DNA of 33,723 bases, taken from the sequence record SRR20825019_2975. The stretch is one strand, 5' to 3'. This document shows, piece after piece, positions 17,871-27,815 of the stretch. How positions within the stretch are numbered: position 1 is the stretch's first letter; every line of letters begins with the position of its first letter. The notes beneath the pieces are model-generated. The model did no database searches. It saw only the letters and a list, made by a program, of their open reading frames with translations, and had not been told where the DNA came from. The position numbers were made by a program, and so were the translations under genes.

Positions 17871-18947
17871 ATGAAAATATTCCTAATCTCAAATATGTAT
17901 CCATCTTTCAAAGATCCGCTTTTTGGGGTTTTTGTAAAAAACTTTAAACTATTGCTTGAAAAAGAAGGAGTTGTGTTTTCTGCATTATCAATAATTAAGG
18001 GTAAAAGAGCGATTAAAGTTTCAAAAGTATTTTCGTATTTAAGCTACTATAGTTCAGTAGGGTATAACTATTTCTTCAAGAAATACGATTTTATATATGT
18101 TCATTACCTTTCTCATAACGCTCCTATATTAGCTCTTTTATTATTTAAAAAGAAAAAACCACTTGTAATTAATGTGCATGGGAGTGATATTTTAGAATCG
18201 ATTGGAAAAAAAATAGATAAAGTAAACATTCACGTGCTAAAAAAAACAGATTTAGTAGTTGTTCCCTCTGAATATTTTAAAACTATAATGCTGAAGAATT
18301 ATCCTTTTTTAATACCGAGCACTATATTTATTTCTCCTTCAGCAGGTGTTGATAATACTAAATTTTATCCACTTCCTCAAGTACAAAACCCAATACCAAT
18401 CTTAGGTTTAATATCTAGAATTGACGCAGGAAAAGGGTGGGAAGACTTTTTAAGTGCTTTAGCATTATTAAAACAAACTAAAATTAATTTTAAAGCAATT
18501 ATTGCGGGTCAAGGTCTTGAAGAAAACCGGTTGCTTAAAATGATAAATGATCTTAATATCTCTGAACAAGTAGAGTTTCTTGGACTGGTAAAACAAGATC
18601 AATTAGTGCATTTATACAATAAAATGGATGTTATGGTGTTTCCAACCAAAAGGGAAGCAGAGAGTTTAGGGTTGGTTGGCTTAGAAGCAATGAGTTGTAA
18701 AACCCCAGTAATTGGCAGTAATATTGCTGGTTTAAAAACATACATTAACCACGAGAAAAACGGATTGCTTTTTAAACCAGGAGATGTGAAGGATTTAGCT
18801 AATAATATTGAAAAATATATAAATTTTTCTTCAGACAAAAAGAAGGCAATGATTGATGCAGCTTATAGTACTGCTCAAGAATATGAAGCCGCAAGGGTGA
18901 CATCCAATTTGTATAAAAGACTATCGAGGCTATGCACAGAAAAATAA
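17871..18947 (+). CDS. Glycosyltransferase family 4
   Basis: [26 protein letters not shown], and [13 protein letters not shown] (EX7E motif). ATG 17871 is preferred over the ORF-track start at 17769, which overlaps the upstream gene. Confidence 0.92.
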   Translation: MKIFLISNMYPSFKDPLFGVFVKNFKLLLEKEGVVFSALSIIKGKRAIKVSKVFSYLSYYSSVGYNYFFKKYDFIYVHYLSHNAPILALLLFKKKKPLVINVHGSDILESIGKKIDKVNIHVLKKTDLVVVPSEYFKTIMLKNYPFLIPSTIFISPSAGVDNTKFYPLPQVQNPIPILGLISRIDAGKGWEDFLSALALLKQTKINFKAIIAGQGLEENRLLKMINDLNISEQVEFLGLVKQDQLVHLYNKMDVMVFPTKREAESLGLVGLEAMSCKTPVIGSNIAGLKTYINHEKNGLLFKPGDVKDLANNIEKYINFSSDKKKAMIDAAYSTAQEYEAARVTSNLYKRLSRLCTEK

Positions 18948-19447
18948 CTTTAGCACTTTATTACGCTTTTTTTTATAAGCTTCCGCATTCAAGGTTTCTA
19001 CCTTTTACTAGTGTAATGCGAGTTTGGTATGTTTCAAAAATCCTCAAGTTAATGCCTTTTGATAAAAAAAGCAAAATTGAATATAATGTTTATCTCTCTA
19101 ATGCAAGTGGTATTTCAATAGGGCAAAATTGTAGAATAAATGAAAATGTATTTATTCAGCAAGCAACTATAGGAAATAATGTTTTAATCGCTCCTAATGT
19201 AGCAATTTTAAGTGTTTCACATAATCACGAAAATCTTCATATACCAATTGTTGACCAAGGAGATACTACACCCAATCCTCCCAATATTCAGGACGGTGCT
19301 TGGTTGGGAAGAAATGTGGTAATTATGCCAGGAGTTATTATTGGAGAGGGCGCCATTGTTGGCGCAGGTGCAGTTGTAACAAAAAATGTGGAACCTTACA
19401 GCGTGGTTGGCGGAGTTCCTGCTAGAATTATTAAAACTCGAAAATAA
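18932..19447 (+). CDS. Hexapeptide-repeat (LbH) O-acetyltransferase
   Basis: [66 protein letters not shown]. Confidence 0.92.
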   Translation: MHRKITLALYYAFFYKLPHSRFLPFTSVMRVWYVSKILKLMPFDKKSKIEYNVYLSNASGISIGQNCRINENVFIQQATIGNNVLIAPNVAILSVSHNHENLHIPIVDQGDTTPNPPNIQDGAWLGRNVVIMPGVIIGEGAIVGAGAVVTKNVEPYSVVGGVPARIIKTRK

Positions 19448-19471
19448 ATTGCTGCTATTTTGATAAAAATT

Positions 19472-20749
19472 ATGAAGATTGATGCTTTTAGATTGATTTC
19501 AATTTTTGCCTTTATGATGGCTTTTTTTTTGCCACTACATATTGGGATTAGCAACCTCTTTTTAATTCTTTTCTTTATAATATCTGGATATTTTTTATTT
19601 TTAAAAAAACATTATGTAATAAGAAAACCAAAAATTCTTTTATTTACATTACTCCCAGTTTTCTTACTTTATTTATTAGGTCTTTTTTATTCTTCCCCAC
19701 CTTTTGATGGAACAAAAATTATAGGAAGAAATATTGCTTTTTTGCTCTGTCCTTTAATCTTGTTTTTTTATAGTAATGAGATATTGCAACGAATACAAAA
19801 AAGCCTCTTTAACGGTATTATAGTAGGCACCATACTTTCCATAATAATACTTTTAACAAATAATTTTTTAAATTATTTTGCTACAAGGCCCTTCTTAAAT
19901 TTTGATGATGAAATTTTTAATTATTATTATACTTACTATTCTTTCTCAAATTTGTTGGATATGCATCCCACTTATTTAGGAGCTTATATAATTTTTGCAA
20001 TTAGTTTACTTTTAAAAAAACTCATTAATAACAATAACTATAAATTCCTTTTAATTACAGCACTCCTCATACTTTCTATAGGAGTTATTTTTATAAATTC
20101 AAGAATGATTTTCTTGCTGTATGTGTTAGTGGTCTTTACAGCATTGCTTTATTCTGGTTTTCTTTTTTATAAACAAAAGAATTTTAAAGCGTTATCGTTG
20201 GTAACAATTATAACTGCAATTGTTGTATTTTCTGTGGTGAAAATTCTTTCAAATACATTTGTAATAACTAGACTTACTGATGAGCTACAATGGGAGCTTT
20301 CTGATCAAGTTGATACAACTTACAACGACAAGCTTAATGCAGATTCTAGAATAGCACGTTGGCAAACTGCGATTGATGCAATTGCTCAAAACCCTTTTTT
20401 TGGGTATGGCACACATTCAGAAAAAGATGTTTTAGCAGCATATTATAAAAAAAACGGACTGGTTGTTTCCTTTAATCAACGTTATGATGCCCATAACATA
20501 TATTTATCTTTTATGCTAGAATATGGTTTTTTTGGGCTCTTTATTTTACTGTTATATTTGTTGTCAAATATATATTTATCCCTTAGAACTAGAAATGTTC
20601 AATACTTTTTATTGATTTTTATGATTTGTGTTATAGGTTGTTTTGAAAGTTATCTAAAAAATAATCCAGCCATAACTTTTATTGCCTTATTTGGAACGAC
20701 CTTTCTATTATTAGCAAATTCAAAAAAAATAAAAGAAACAAAACTATGA
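19472..20749 (+). CDS. O-antigen ligase (WaaL/Wzy_C) family membrane protein
   Basis: Many TM segments. HPTYLG, INSR, SRIARW, NPFFGYG, DAHNIYL...EYGFFG. Alternative TTG start at 19460. Confidence 0.85.
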   Translation: MKIDAFRLISIFAFMMAFFLPLHIGISNLFLILFFIISGYFLFLKKHYVIRKPKILLFTLLPVFLLYLLGLFYSSPPFDGTKIIGRNIAFLLCPLILFFYSNEILQRIQKSLFNGIIVGTILSIIILLTNNFLNYFATRPFLNFDDEIFNYYYTYYSFSNLLDMHPTYLGAYIIFAISLLLKKLINNNNYKFLLITALLILSIGVIFINSRMIFLLYVLVVFTALLYSGFLFYKQKNFKALSLVTIITAIVVFSVVKILSNTFVITRLTDELQWELSDQVDTTYNDKLNADSRIARWQTAIDAIAQNPFFGYGTHSEKDVLAAYYKKNGLVVSFNQRYDAHNIYLSFMLEYGFFGLFILLLYLLSNIYLSLRTRNVQYFLLIFMICVIGCFESYLKNNPAITFIALFGTTFLLLANSKKIKETKL

Positions 20750-21894
20750 ATTTAGTCACAGTTTCTATAAAATTCAAAAAGTGGTTTCCCGCACTCCTTT
20801 TGTTGATTTTTTATTTTTCTGAAGCTTTTAGTAAATACGCTTTAGCCTTTTTAGAAGGAAAATCTGACATCCAACGATTTATAAAATTACTGGCATTAGT
20901 TTTTTTTGTGTTTACCACACTAAAGTCATTTAAAAAATTACTTCTTCCATTTTCATTACTTGTAGTTTTCTGCTTAGGTCAATTTTTTTTAGCCGAGGGT
21001 TTTAATCAAGAAATTGTGGTAAGTTTTAGCAAGCTTCTGTTCCCAATATTTTTGTTAATCTATTTTAATGAGTATCCTTTGAATATTAAATCTCAAAGGC
21101 TTTTGTTTCAAACCTTTGAATACATTCTTATTTTTAATGGATTACTAATTATTATGGGTCTTGTTTTTGATATTACCTTATTTAACTCCTATAAATTCAA
21201 TCGTTGGGGATTTAATGGGCTTTTCATAAATACATCCACAAGCTCATATATTTATGCAATTGCTATATTTTATTTCCTTTTAAGCTTGAAGAAAAGTTTT
21301 TTAAAAAATTGGAAATCTATTTTTATAATTTGTTGTAGTGTATTAACTGGAACTAAAATAGTTTATATCGCATTATTCGGATCCCTATTGATTTATTTTT
21401 TGTTTTACACTAATTTAAATCGCAAACTGCGAATTATTGTGCTTGCTTCTATTTCTATTTCTTTTGCATTGTTATGTTACGTTATTTTTTTTCATTGGGG
21501 TATTTTTAATGAAATAAGGCAAAATCAAGGTTTATTTTCAGCAATTTTATCATTTAGAGACGACTTGCTTTTGGAAGTAACATTGCCATATATTAATGCT
21601 AATTGGGAGTGGTATAATTATCTTTTTGGAGGAATTTCTAACCTTGCTCTACGTTCTCAAATGGGTTTTATAGATATATTCTTATTTTGGGGTATTATTG
21701 GGGGATTATTATACCTTTTTACTTTTTACAAATCTTTTGCTGCAAATCCTATAGTTAATAATGGTGTCTATATTATTTTTATTCTAACACTTATGGTATT
21801 TTTGGCCGGAAATTTTTTTGAAAATGCTTCTGTTGCAATTTATTTGTTAATATTAAAAGAAAAATTGATAAAAGATAAGGAGGTTTCCTTTTAA
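20746..21894 (+). CDS. Wzy-like polytopic membrane protein
   Basis: About 10 TM segments. FNGLF, GTK, LSFRD, LFGG, QMGFIDIFLFWGIIG and AGNFF run parallel to motifs of the 16622..17869 protein. ATGA overlap with the upstream gene. Confidence 0.55.
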   Translation: MNLVTVSIKFKKWFPALLLLIFYFSEAFSKYALAFLEGKSDIQRFIKLLALVFFVFTTLKSFKKLLLPFSLLVVFCLGQFFLAEGFNQEIVVSFSKLLFPIFLLIYFNEYPLNIKSQRLLFQTFEYILIFNGLLIIMGLVFDITLFNSYKFNRWGFNGLFINTSTSSYIYAIAIFYFLLSLKKSFLKNWKSIFIICCSVLTGTKIVYIALFGSLLIYFLFYTNLNRKLRIIVLASISISFALLCYVIFFHWGIFNEIRQNQGLFSAILSFRDDLLLEVTLPYINANWEWYNYLFGGISNLALRSQMGFIDIFLFWGIIGGLLYLFTFYKSFAANPIVNNGVYIIFILTLMVFLAGNFFENASVAIYLLILKEKLIKDKEVSF

Positions 21895-21905
21895 GAGCAC
21901 CATAA

Positions 21906-22643
21906 ATGAATAGAATCCAAATCCTTAACACCGCCATAGATAAACTTACTATGGAAGAAACTCTTGCTTTGGTGCAAGAAAAAATACAAAGCGGAGAACA
22001 AATTCATCATGTTGTAGTAAACGCAGGGAAAGTTGTTGCTATGCAAAAGGATCTGGAATTGCGCCAGAGCGTAAACCAATGTCATATTATTAATGCAGAT
22101 GGCCAAGCAGTTGTTTGGGCCTCACGTTTTTTAGGTAAACCTCTTCAAGAACGTGTGGCTGGCATTGATCTAATGATGAATCTGGTGAAAATGGCCCATG
22201 AAAACAATAATAAAATTTTCCTTTTTGGGGCAAAAGAAGAAGTTGTAAAAAAAGTAGTTGAAAATTATTCCAAAATTTACAGTCCAGAAATTATTGCAGG
22301 CTATCGTAACGGTTATTTTAATGCGACAGAAGAAGAAGCAATTGCACACGAAATTGCTAACAGTGGCACCCAAATGCTTTTTGTAGCAATCTCTTCACCT
22401 ATAAAAGAAAACTTTCTGTATAAATATCGCGACATACTTAAAAACGTAAACCTTATCATGGGGGTTGGCGGTAGTTTTGATGTTATTTCTGGAAAAACCA
22501 AGCGCGCTCCTGTTTGGATGCAAAAATCTGGATTAGAATGGTTTTATCGTTTTCTACAAGAACCAAAAAGAATGTGGAAACGCTATCTTGTAGGGAATTC
22601 AAAATTTATCTATTTGGTTTTAAAAGAACGTTTTTCAAAATAG
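21906..22643 (+). CDS. WecG/TagA/CpsF family glycosyltransferase (GT26), probable ManNAc(A) transferase
   Basis: ADGQAVVWA, ERVAGIDL, FLFGA, RNGYF, GVGGSFDV, RAPVWMQKSGLEWFYRFLQEPKRMWKRY. Confidence 0.93.
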   Translation: MNRIQILNTAIDKLTMEETLALVQEKIQSGEQIHHVVVNAGKVVAMQKDLELRQSVNQCHIINADGQAVVWASRFLGKPLQERVAGIDLMMNLVKMAHENNNKIFLFGAKEEVVKKVVENYSKIYSPEIIAGYRNGYFNATEEEAIAHEIANSGTQMLFVAISSPIKENFLYKYRDILKNVNLIMGVGGSFDVISGKTKRAPVWMQKSGLEWFYRFLQEPKRMWKRYLVGNSKFIYLVLKERFSK

Positions 22644-22738
22644 AAATACGTTTGTTCTTCTAGTATTAGCATCTTTTGACTAATATTTCATCAGAGTTTT
22701 TTATCTTCCCCTAGAATTTTCAGCTTTCAATACTACTT

Positions 22739-23962
22739 ATGAGGATACTACTCTCCGCCATATATCCGTATGCGTTTATGTTGCTCTACCTAATCATCCC
22801 ATTTGATGATTATTTTCGAGCACCCCCAAATATTTTAATGGGTATTCTTGTTGTTGCATTTCCATTTATTGTAAGAAAAGAAGATTTCAAAAAATTAAAA
22901 TCTTTACCAATTGCAATATTTTTAGGCTTTTTTGCATACTTATGTATAAATTCATTGATTTCTGGACGGGGACTGGAAGACTTTACCACTATTAAAAAAG
23001 TGATTATCGCTGTTGGCTTAGCCATTTTATATATTCCTATAGCCGATGTGAAAAAAATCAATAATGCCATTATATTTTCCTCATTGGCAGCGATTCTTTT
23101 TTCCGTGTATAATTTTGTGTTGATAACAGATGCAACGGGCAGTTTTGCTTTGGGAGAATCTCCTCAGGTTATTGAATCATTGCTAATTGACAGGCTTTAC
23201 TTAGGGCTTCTTAGCACCTTTAGTATCTTAATTTCATTTCAAGCGATTCAAAAAAAATACCATCCTAACAACAACTATTATTTAGCAAATATCTTTGTAA
23301 ATGCTTTGTTTATTATCTTAATTTCATCAAAAATTGCGGTTATCGCCTTATTTGTTCTGCTATTAGTTAGACAATTTTATGGGCAACGTAAAATTTGGAA
23401 AGCAGTACTCGGAATAGTAGCTATCGCTGCTGTCGTGGGATTATTTTTTCTGTTGAAAAACGAAAACGGTGTTCAAGTAAACAATGAAAATAACCAAACC
23501 AATGCCCCTACATTTATTCAAAATTCCATGACCTATGAACTTAGGGCGGTAATTTGGAACTGCGCTCAAAATGTTATAACAAATGAAGGTTTTTCATTAA
23601 CAGGAATCGGACTTAAAGCCACTGAAGAGAAACTGGCATTGTGTTATGAATCTACGATAGCTAATCCCACAAAAAAAGAACAGTTTGTTTCTGCACGCTA
23701 CAATACGCACAACCAATTTTTAGATTTTTATTTGAGTGCAGGATTTCTTGCTTTGTTATTTTTTATAACTTTTATTGTAGTTAATTTTTTTGCGGTTAGA
23801 AAGCAGTTTTTTCCAACGGCAATGCTTACTATTTTGGTGCTATATTGTTTAGTCGAAAATTTATTTCATAGACAGATTGGAGCATATTATATTGGTTTTA
23901 TATTAATAATACTCCTAACGAGTGTTAAGCCCAATGAAAACAACACTATAAAAAACATATAA
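22739..23962 (+). CDS. O-antigen ligase (WaaL/Wzy_C) family membrane protein
   Basis: Many TM segments. RLYLG, SSK, LRAVIW, TGIG, YNTHNQFLDFYLSAG, LVEN. Confidence 0.82.
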   Translation: MRILLSAIYPYAFMLLYLIIPFDDYFRAPPNILMGILVVAFPFIVRKEDFKKLKSLPIAIFLGFFAYLCINSLISGRGLEDFTTIKKVIIAVGLAILYIPIADVKKINNAIIFSSLAAILFSVYNFVLITDATGSFALGESPQVIESLLIDRLYLGLLSTFSILISFQAIQKKYHPNNNYYLANIFVNALFIILISSKIAVIALFVLLLVRQFYGQRKIWKAVLGIVAIAAVVGLFFLLKNENGVQVNNENNQTNAPTFIQNSMTYELRAVIWNCAQNVITNEGFSLTGIGLKATEEKLALCYESTIANPTKKEQFVSARYNTHNQFLDFYLSAGFLALLFFITFIVVNFFAVRKQFFPTAMLTILVLYCLVENLFHRQIGAYYIGFILIILLTSVKPNENNTIKNI

Positions 23963-23978
23963 AAAGAATTGCAAATTG

Positions 23979-23986
23979 TACTTTTG
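23979..23986 (+). promoter_or_regulatory. Promoter -7 box (TAnnTTTG) upstream of ugd
   Basis: TACTTTTG in the intergenic region, 88 nt before the ugd ATG. Confidence 0.55.
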
Positions 23987-24074
23987 CGCTTTGATAATTT
24001 AAAAATAACGCCAAAGTTTATTCTTAATAACGCTTCTTTAGCAGAATAAAGGGTTTACTAAAGGCTTACTAAAT

Positions 24075-25388
24075 ATGAAAATATCAGTAATAGGAACAGG
24101 CTATGTAGGTCTGGTAACAGGAACTTGTTTGGCAGAAACAGGAAATGAAGTAGTTTGTGTAGATATTGACGAAGCAAAAGTTGAAAAAATGCGCAATGGT
24201 GAAGTGCCAATTTACGAGCCACACCTTGATGTACTTTTTGAACGAAACATAAAAGCAAACCGTCTAAAATTTACAACTTCGTTAGACGAAGGTTTGGCGC
24301 ATGGCGATATAATATTCCTTGCCCTACCAACTCCTGAAGATGAAGACGGTTCTGCAGATCTTTCCTATGTTTTAAATGTTTCGGAAGAAATTGGGAAAAA
24401 GATTAAAGAATACAAGGTTATTGTAGATAAAAGCACAGTGCCTGTTGGAACTGCTGAAAAAGTTCACGCTATAATCGCAAAGAATGCTTCATGTGAATTC
24501 GATGTAGTTTCCAATCCTGAATTTTTAAGAGAAGGTTTTGCTGTAGACGATTTTTTAAAACCCGAACGCATCGTTGTTGGTTCTAGTAGCGAAAAGGCCA
24601 CAGCAATGATGAAAAAACTGTATAGCCCTTTTGTGCGCTCTGGAAATCCAATAATTATTATGGATGAAAAGTCGGCAGAACTTACAAAATACGCTGCAAA
24701 TTCCTTTTTGGCAACTAAGATTACTTTTATGAACGAGATTGCCAATTATTGCGAAAAAGTTGGCGCAGATGTAGATATGGTTCGCGCAGGTATGGGCACC
24801 GATAGCCGCATTGGCAAAAGGTTTCTATTCCCTGGTATTGGTTACGGAGGTTCTTGCTTTCCTAAAGACGTTAAAGCACTTCAAAAAGCTGGAAAAGATA
24901 AAGATTATGATTTCAAAATATTGAATTCAGTTATTGAAATCAATTCCAATCAAAAAACAGTTTTATTACCTAAAATTTCTGAATATTTTAATAATGATTT
25001 AAACGGAAAAACCATCGCAGTTTGGGGTTTGGCTTTTAAGCCCGAAACCGACGATATTCGCGAAGCACCATCTATCGATATGATGGAAAAATTACTTGAG
25101 AAAGGAGCAAAACTTCAAGTTTTTGATCCAGAAGCAATGCCAAACATAAAAAGACGATTTGGAGATAAATTAAACTATTCAGAATCCATGTACACTGCAC
25201 TCGAAAATGCAGACGCATTGTTAATCTGTACTGAGTGGAGTATTTTTAGAACCCCAAATTATACTAAATTAAAACAACTGTTGAAGCAACCAATTATTTT
25301 TGACGGAAGAAATTTGTATAATACCGACGATATGGAAACAGAAGGATTTACATATGTTTCAATTGGAAGAAAAGCCGTAAACTTATGA
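24075..25388 (+). CDS. ugd: UDP-glucose 6-dehydrogenase
   Basis: IGTGYVGLV, PIYEP, KSTVPVGT, SNPEFLREG, KYAANSFLATKITF, GYGGSCFPKD, AFKPETDDIREAP, DGRNL. Confidence 0.95.
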   Translation: MKISVIGTGYVGLVTGTCLAETGNEVVCVDIDEAKVEKMRNGEVPIYEPHLDVLFERNIKANRLKFTTSLDEGLAHGDIIFLALPTPEDEDGSADLSYVLNVSEEIGKKIKEYKVIVDKSTVPVGTAEKVHAIIAKNASCEFDVVSNPEFLREGFAVDDFLKPERIVVGSSSEKATAMMKKLYSPFVRSGNPIIIMDEKSAELTKYAANSFLATKITFMNEIANYCEKVGADVDMVRAGMGTDSRIGKRFLFPGIGYGGSCFPKDVKALQKAGKDKDYDFKILNSVIEINSNQKTVLLPKISEYFNNDLNGKTIAVWGLAFKPETDDIREAPSIDMMEKLLEKGAKLQVFDPEAMPNIKRRFGDKLNYSESMYTALENADALLICTEWSIFRTPNYTKLKQLLKQPIIFDGRNLYNTDDMETEGFTYVSIGRKAVNL

Positions 25389-25470
25389 AATGCCTAATGA
25401 CAAATTATAAGCTAATTGAAGATATATATTGGGGCATTCCATCTTCCTATTTATCAAATATTTTATATAG

Positions 25471-26457
25471 ATGAAAAAACGTGTACTGATTACAGGTGCC
25501 GCCGGATTTTTAGGTTCGCATCTGTGTGATAAATTTATTGCTGAAGATTTTCACGTTATCGCGATGGATAATCTTATAACAGGCGATCTTAAAAACATAG
25601 AACATCTTTTTAAGCTTGAAGCTTTTGAATTTTATCATCACGATGTAACCAAATTCGTGCACGTTCCTGGAAAAGTAGATTATATTCTTCATTTTGCTTC
25701 CCCTGCAAGTCCGATAGACTACTTAAAAATACCCATACAAACCTTAAAAGTTGGCTCTTTAGGGACTCATAATTTATTAGGTTTAGCAAAAGAAAAAAAC
25801 GCACGAATTTTAATTGCTTCTACTTCTGAAGTATACGGAGATCCACAAGTTCATCCACAAACAGAAGAGTATTTTGGAAATGTAAATACCATTGGGCCTC
25901 GTGGAGTTTATGATGAAGCCAAACGTTTTCAGGAATCCATTACAATGGCGTATCATAGATTTCATGGTTTAGAAACGCGTATTGCCCGTATTTTTAATAC
26001 TTATGGTCCCAGAATGCGACTTAATGACGGTAGGGTAATACCAGCGTTTATTGGTCAAACCCTCAGGGGTGAAAACTTAACGGTTTTTGGTGATGGTAAG
26101 CAAACACGCTCTTTTTGTTATGTAGACGATGAGGTGGAAGGATTATACCGTTTGTTACTTAGTGATTATGCATTGCCTGTGAATATTGGCAATCCTGAAG
26201 AAATAACTATATTGGATTTTGCAAAAGAGATTATTAAACTCTCAGGCACAAATCAGGAAATAATACACAAACCTTTACCTCAAGATGACCCCTTGCAACG
26301 TGAACCAGATATTACAAAAGCAAGAGATATACTGGGCTGGGAGCCAAAAGTTTCTAGAGAAGAAGGAATGAAAAAAACATTTGAATATTTTAAGAATCTT
26401 ACTAAAGAAGAGCTTTTTAAAAGTGAACATAAAGATTTTTCAAAACACAACAGATAA
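25471..26457 (+). CDS. UDP-glucuronate decarboxylase (UDP-xylose synthase) family SDR
   Basis: [71 protein letters not shown]. Confidence 0.9.
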   Translation: MKKRVLITGAAGFLGSHLCDKFIAEDFHVIAMDNLITGDLKNIEHLFKLEAFEFYHHDVTKFVHVPGKVDYILHFASPASPIDYLKIPIQTLKVGSLGTHNLLGLAKEKNARILIASTSEVYGDPQVHPQTEEYFGNVNTIGPRGVYDEAKRFQESITMAYHRFHGLETRIARIFNTYGPRMRLNDGRVIPAFIGQTLRGENLTVFGDGKQTRSFCYVDDEVEGLYRLLLSDYALPVNIGNPEEITILDFAKEIIKLSGTNQEIIHKPLPQDDPLQREPDITKARDILGWEPKVSREEGMKKTFEYFKNLTKEELFKSEHKDFSKHNR

Positions 26458-26462
26458 GGAAT

Positions 26463-27815
26463 ATGTTTAAAAGTGGAAGATATTCAGGATTTTTGAGACC
26501 TATTTCTTACGGAATAGATCTCTTTTTTATCCATTTTTTGGCTTTTGAATTTTTTGGGAATCCTTTCCCCTACTTCAATTATATAATTTTTTTAACGGTT
26601 GCCTGGCTATTGCTCTCTTTACGATCCGGTTTTTATGAAATTTACAGGTTTACCCATTTTGCCAAAATCATTTCTTTAATTGTTAAACAAGGCATTATAT
26701 ATGTTTTGATTGTTTTTTCTTTTTTTGGCTTTTATAACCATTTAAAAACTTCAGCTACAACTATTTTTGAGTACATTTTAGTGGTTATGCTATGTATTGC
26801 CATAGTAAAACTGGGTATATTCTATCTTTTGAAGAAGTATCGCCTGCATTTGGGAGGAAATGTTCGAAAAGTAGTAATAATCGGACTGAATCAAAAAACA
26901 GATCAACTTCGAAAATTTTTTAATAATAATCCAGTGTATGGTTATAAACTATACAAAACATTCGATTTAAAAGGGCCTAACAAAGTTTCTATCGAAGAGT
27001 GTATGGATTACATCATGAAGGAAGAAATTGATGAAGTGTATTCTTCTGTCGCAGAAATTGGTAATAAAGATTTGATTAAGTTGATCGATTTTGTTGACAA
27101 CAACCTTAAAATCTTAAAATTTCTCCCAGACAATAAAGAAATTTATAGTAAAAAGCTTGATTTCACCTATTATGGAGTGCTTCCTATACTTTCCATGCGG
27201 AAAATACCAATGGACGAACCCTTCAATAAATTTTTAAAACGAAGCTTTGATATCATTCTTTCACTCCTTGTTATCATTGGTGTTTTGTCTTGGCTTACTC
27301 CTTTACTCGGTCTTTTAATAAAATTAGAGTCAAAAGGCCCAGTATTTTTCAAACAAAAACGAAACGGATTGGATTATCAAGAATTTTATTGTTTTAAATT
27401 TCGGTCAATGAAGCCAAACCCAATGGCACATCTTCATCAAATTTCAAAAGGTGATGAACGTGTAACACGAGTTGGGAGGGTAATTCGAAAAACTAGTATT
27501 GATGAGCTTCCTCAGTTTATCAATGTTTTAAAGGGAGATATGTCTGTTGTGGGTCCTCGCCCGCACATGGTAAGCCATACACATATGTATGCAGAACGGA
27601 TTGATAAATTTATGGTACGTCATTTTATAAAACCTGGGATTACTGGTTTAGCTCAGGTAAGCGGATATCGAGGTGAAGTAGAAGATGATAATCATATTAT
27701 TAATCGTGTAAAGTATGATATTTTTTACCTTGAAAATTGGAGCCTTTTAATTGATATAAAGATTGTCTTCCAAACGATTTATAATGCACTTCGTGGTGAA
27801 GAAAAGGCATATTAA
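26463..27815 (+). CDS. Undecaprenyl-phosphate glucose phosphotransferase (WcaJ-like initiating phosphoglycosyltransferase)
   Basis: N-terminal TMs, then KRSFDI, GPVFFKQKR, FKFRSM, RKTSIDELPQFINVLKGDMSVVGPRP, KPGITGLAQV. Confidence 0.92.
   Translation: MFKSGRYSGFLRPISYGIDLFFIHFLAFEFFGNPFPYFNYIIFLTVAWLLLSLRSGFYEIYRFTHFAKIISLIVKQGIIYVLIVFSFFGFYNHLKTSATTIFEYILVVMLCIAIVKLGIFYLLKKYRLHLGGNVRKVVIIGLNQKTDQLRKFFNNNPVYGYKLYKTFDLKGPNKVSIEECMDYIMKEEIDEVYSSVAEIGNKDLIKLIDFVDNNLKILKFLPDNKEIYSKKLDFTYYGVLPILSMRKIPMDEPFNKFLKRSFDIILSLLVIIGVLSWLTPLLGLLIKLESKGPVFFKQKRNGLDYQEFYCFKFRSMKPNPMAHLHQISKGDERVTRVGRVIRKTSIDELPQFINVLKGDMSVVGPRPHMVSHTHMYAERIDKFMVRHFIKPGITGLAQVSGYRGEVEDDNHIINRVKYDIFYLENWSLLIDIKIVFQTIYNALRGEEKAY

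Noticed and set aside
12282-19530. Homopolymers A9 (12282-12290, SGNH gene) and T9 (19522-19530, ligase gene) as phase-variation tracts
   Set aside because: Both genes are in frame and runs of 8-9 A/T are expected in DNA this AT-rich. Read-level length variation would be needed to support the idea.
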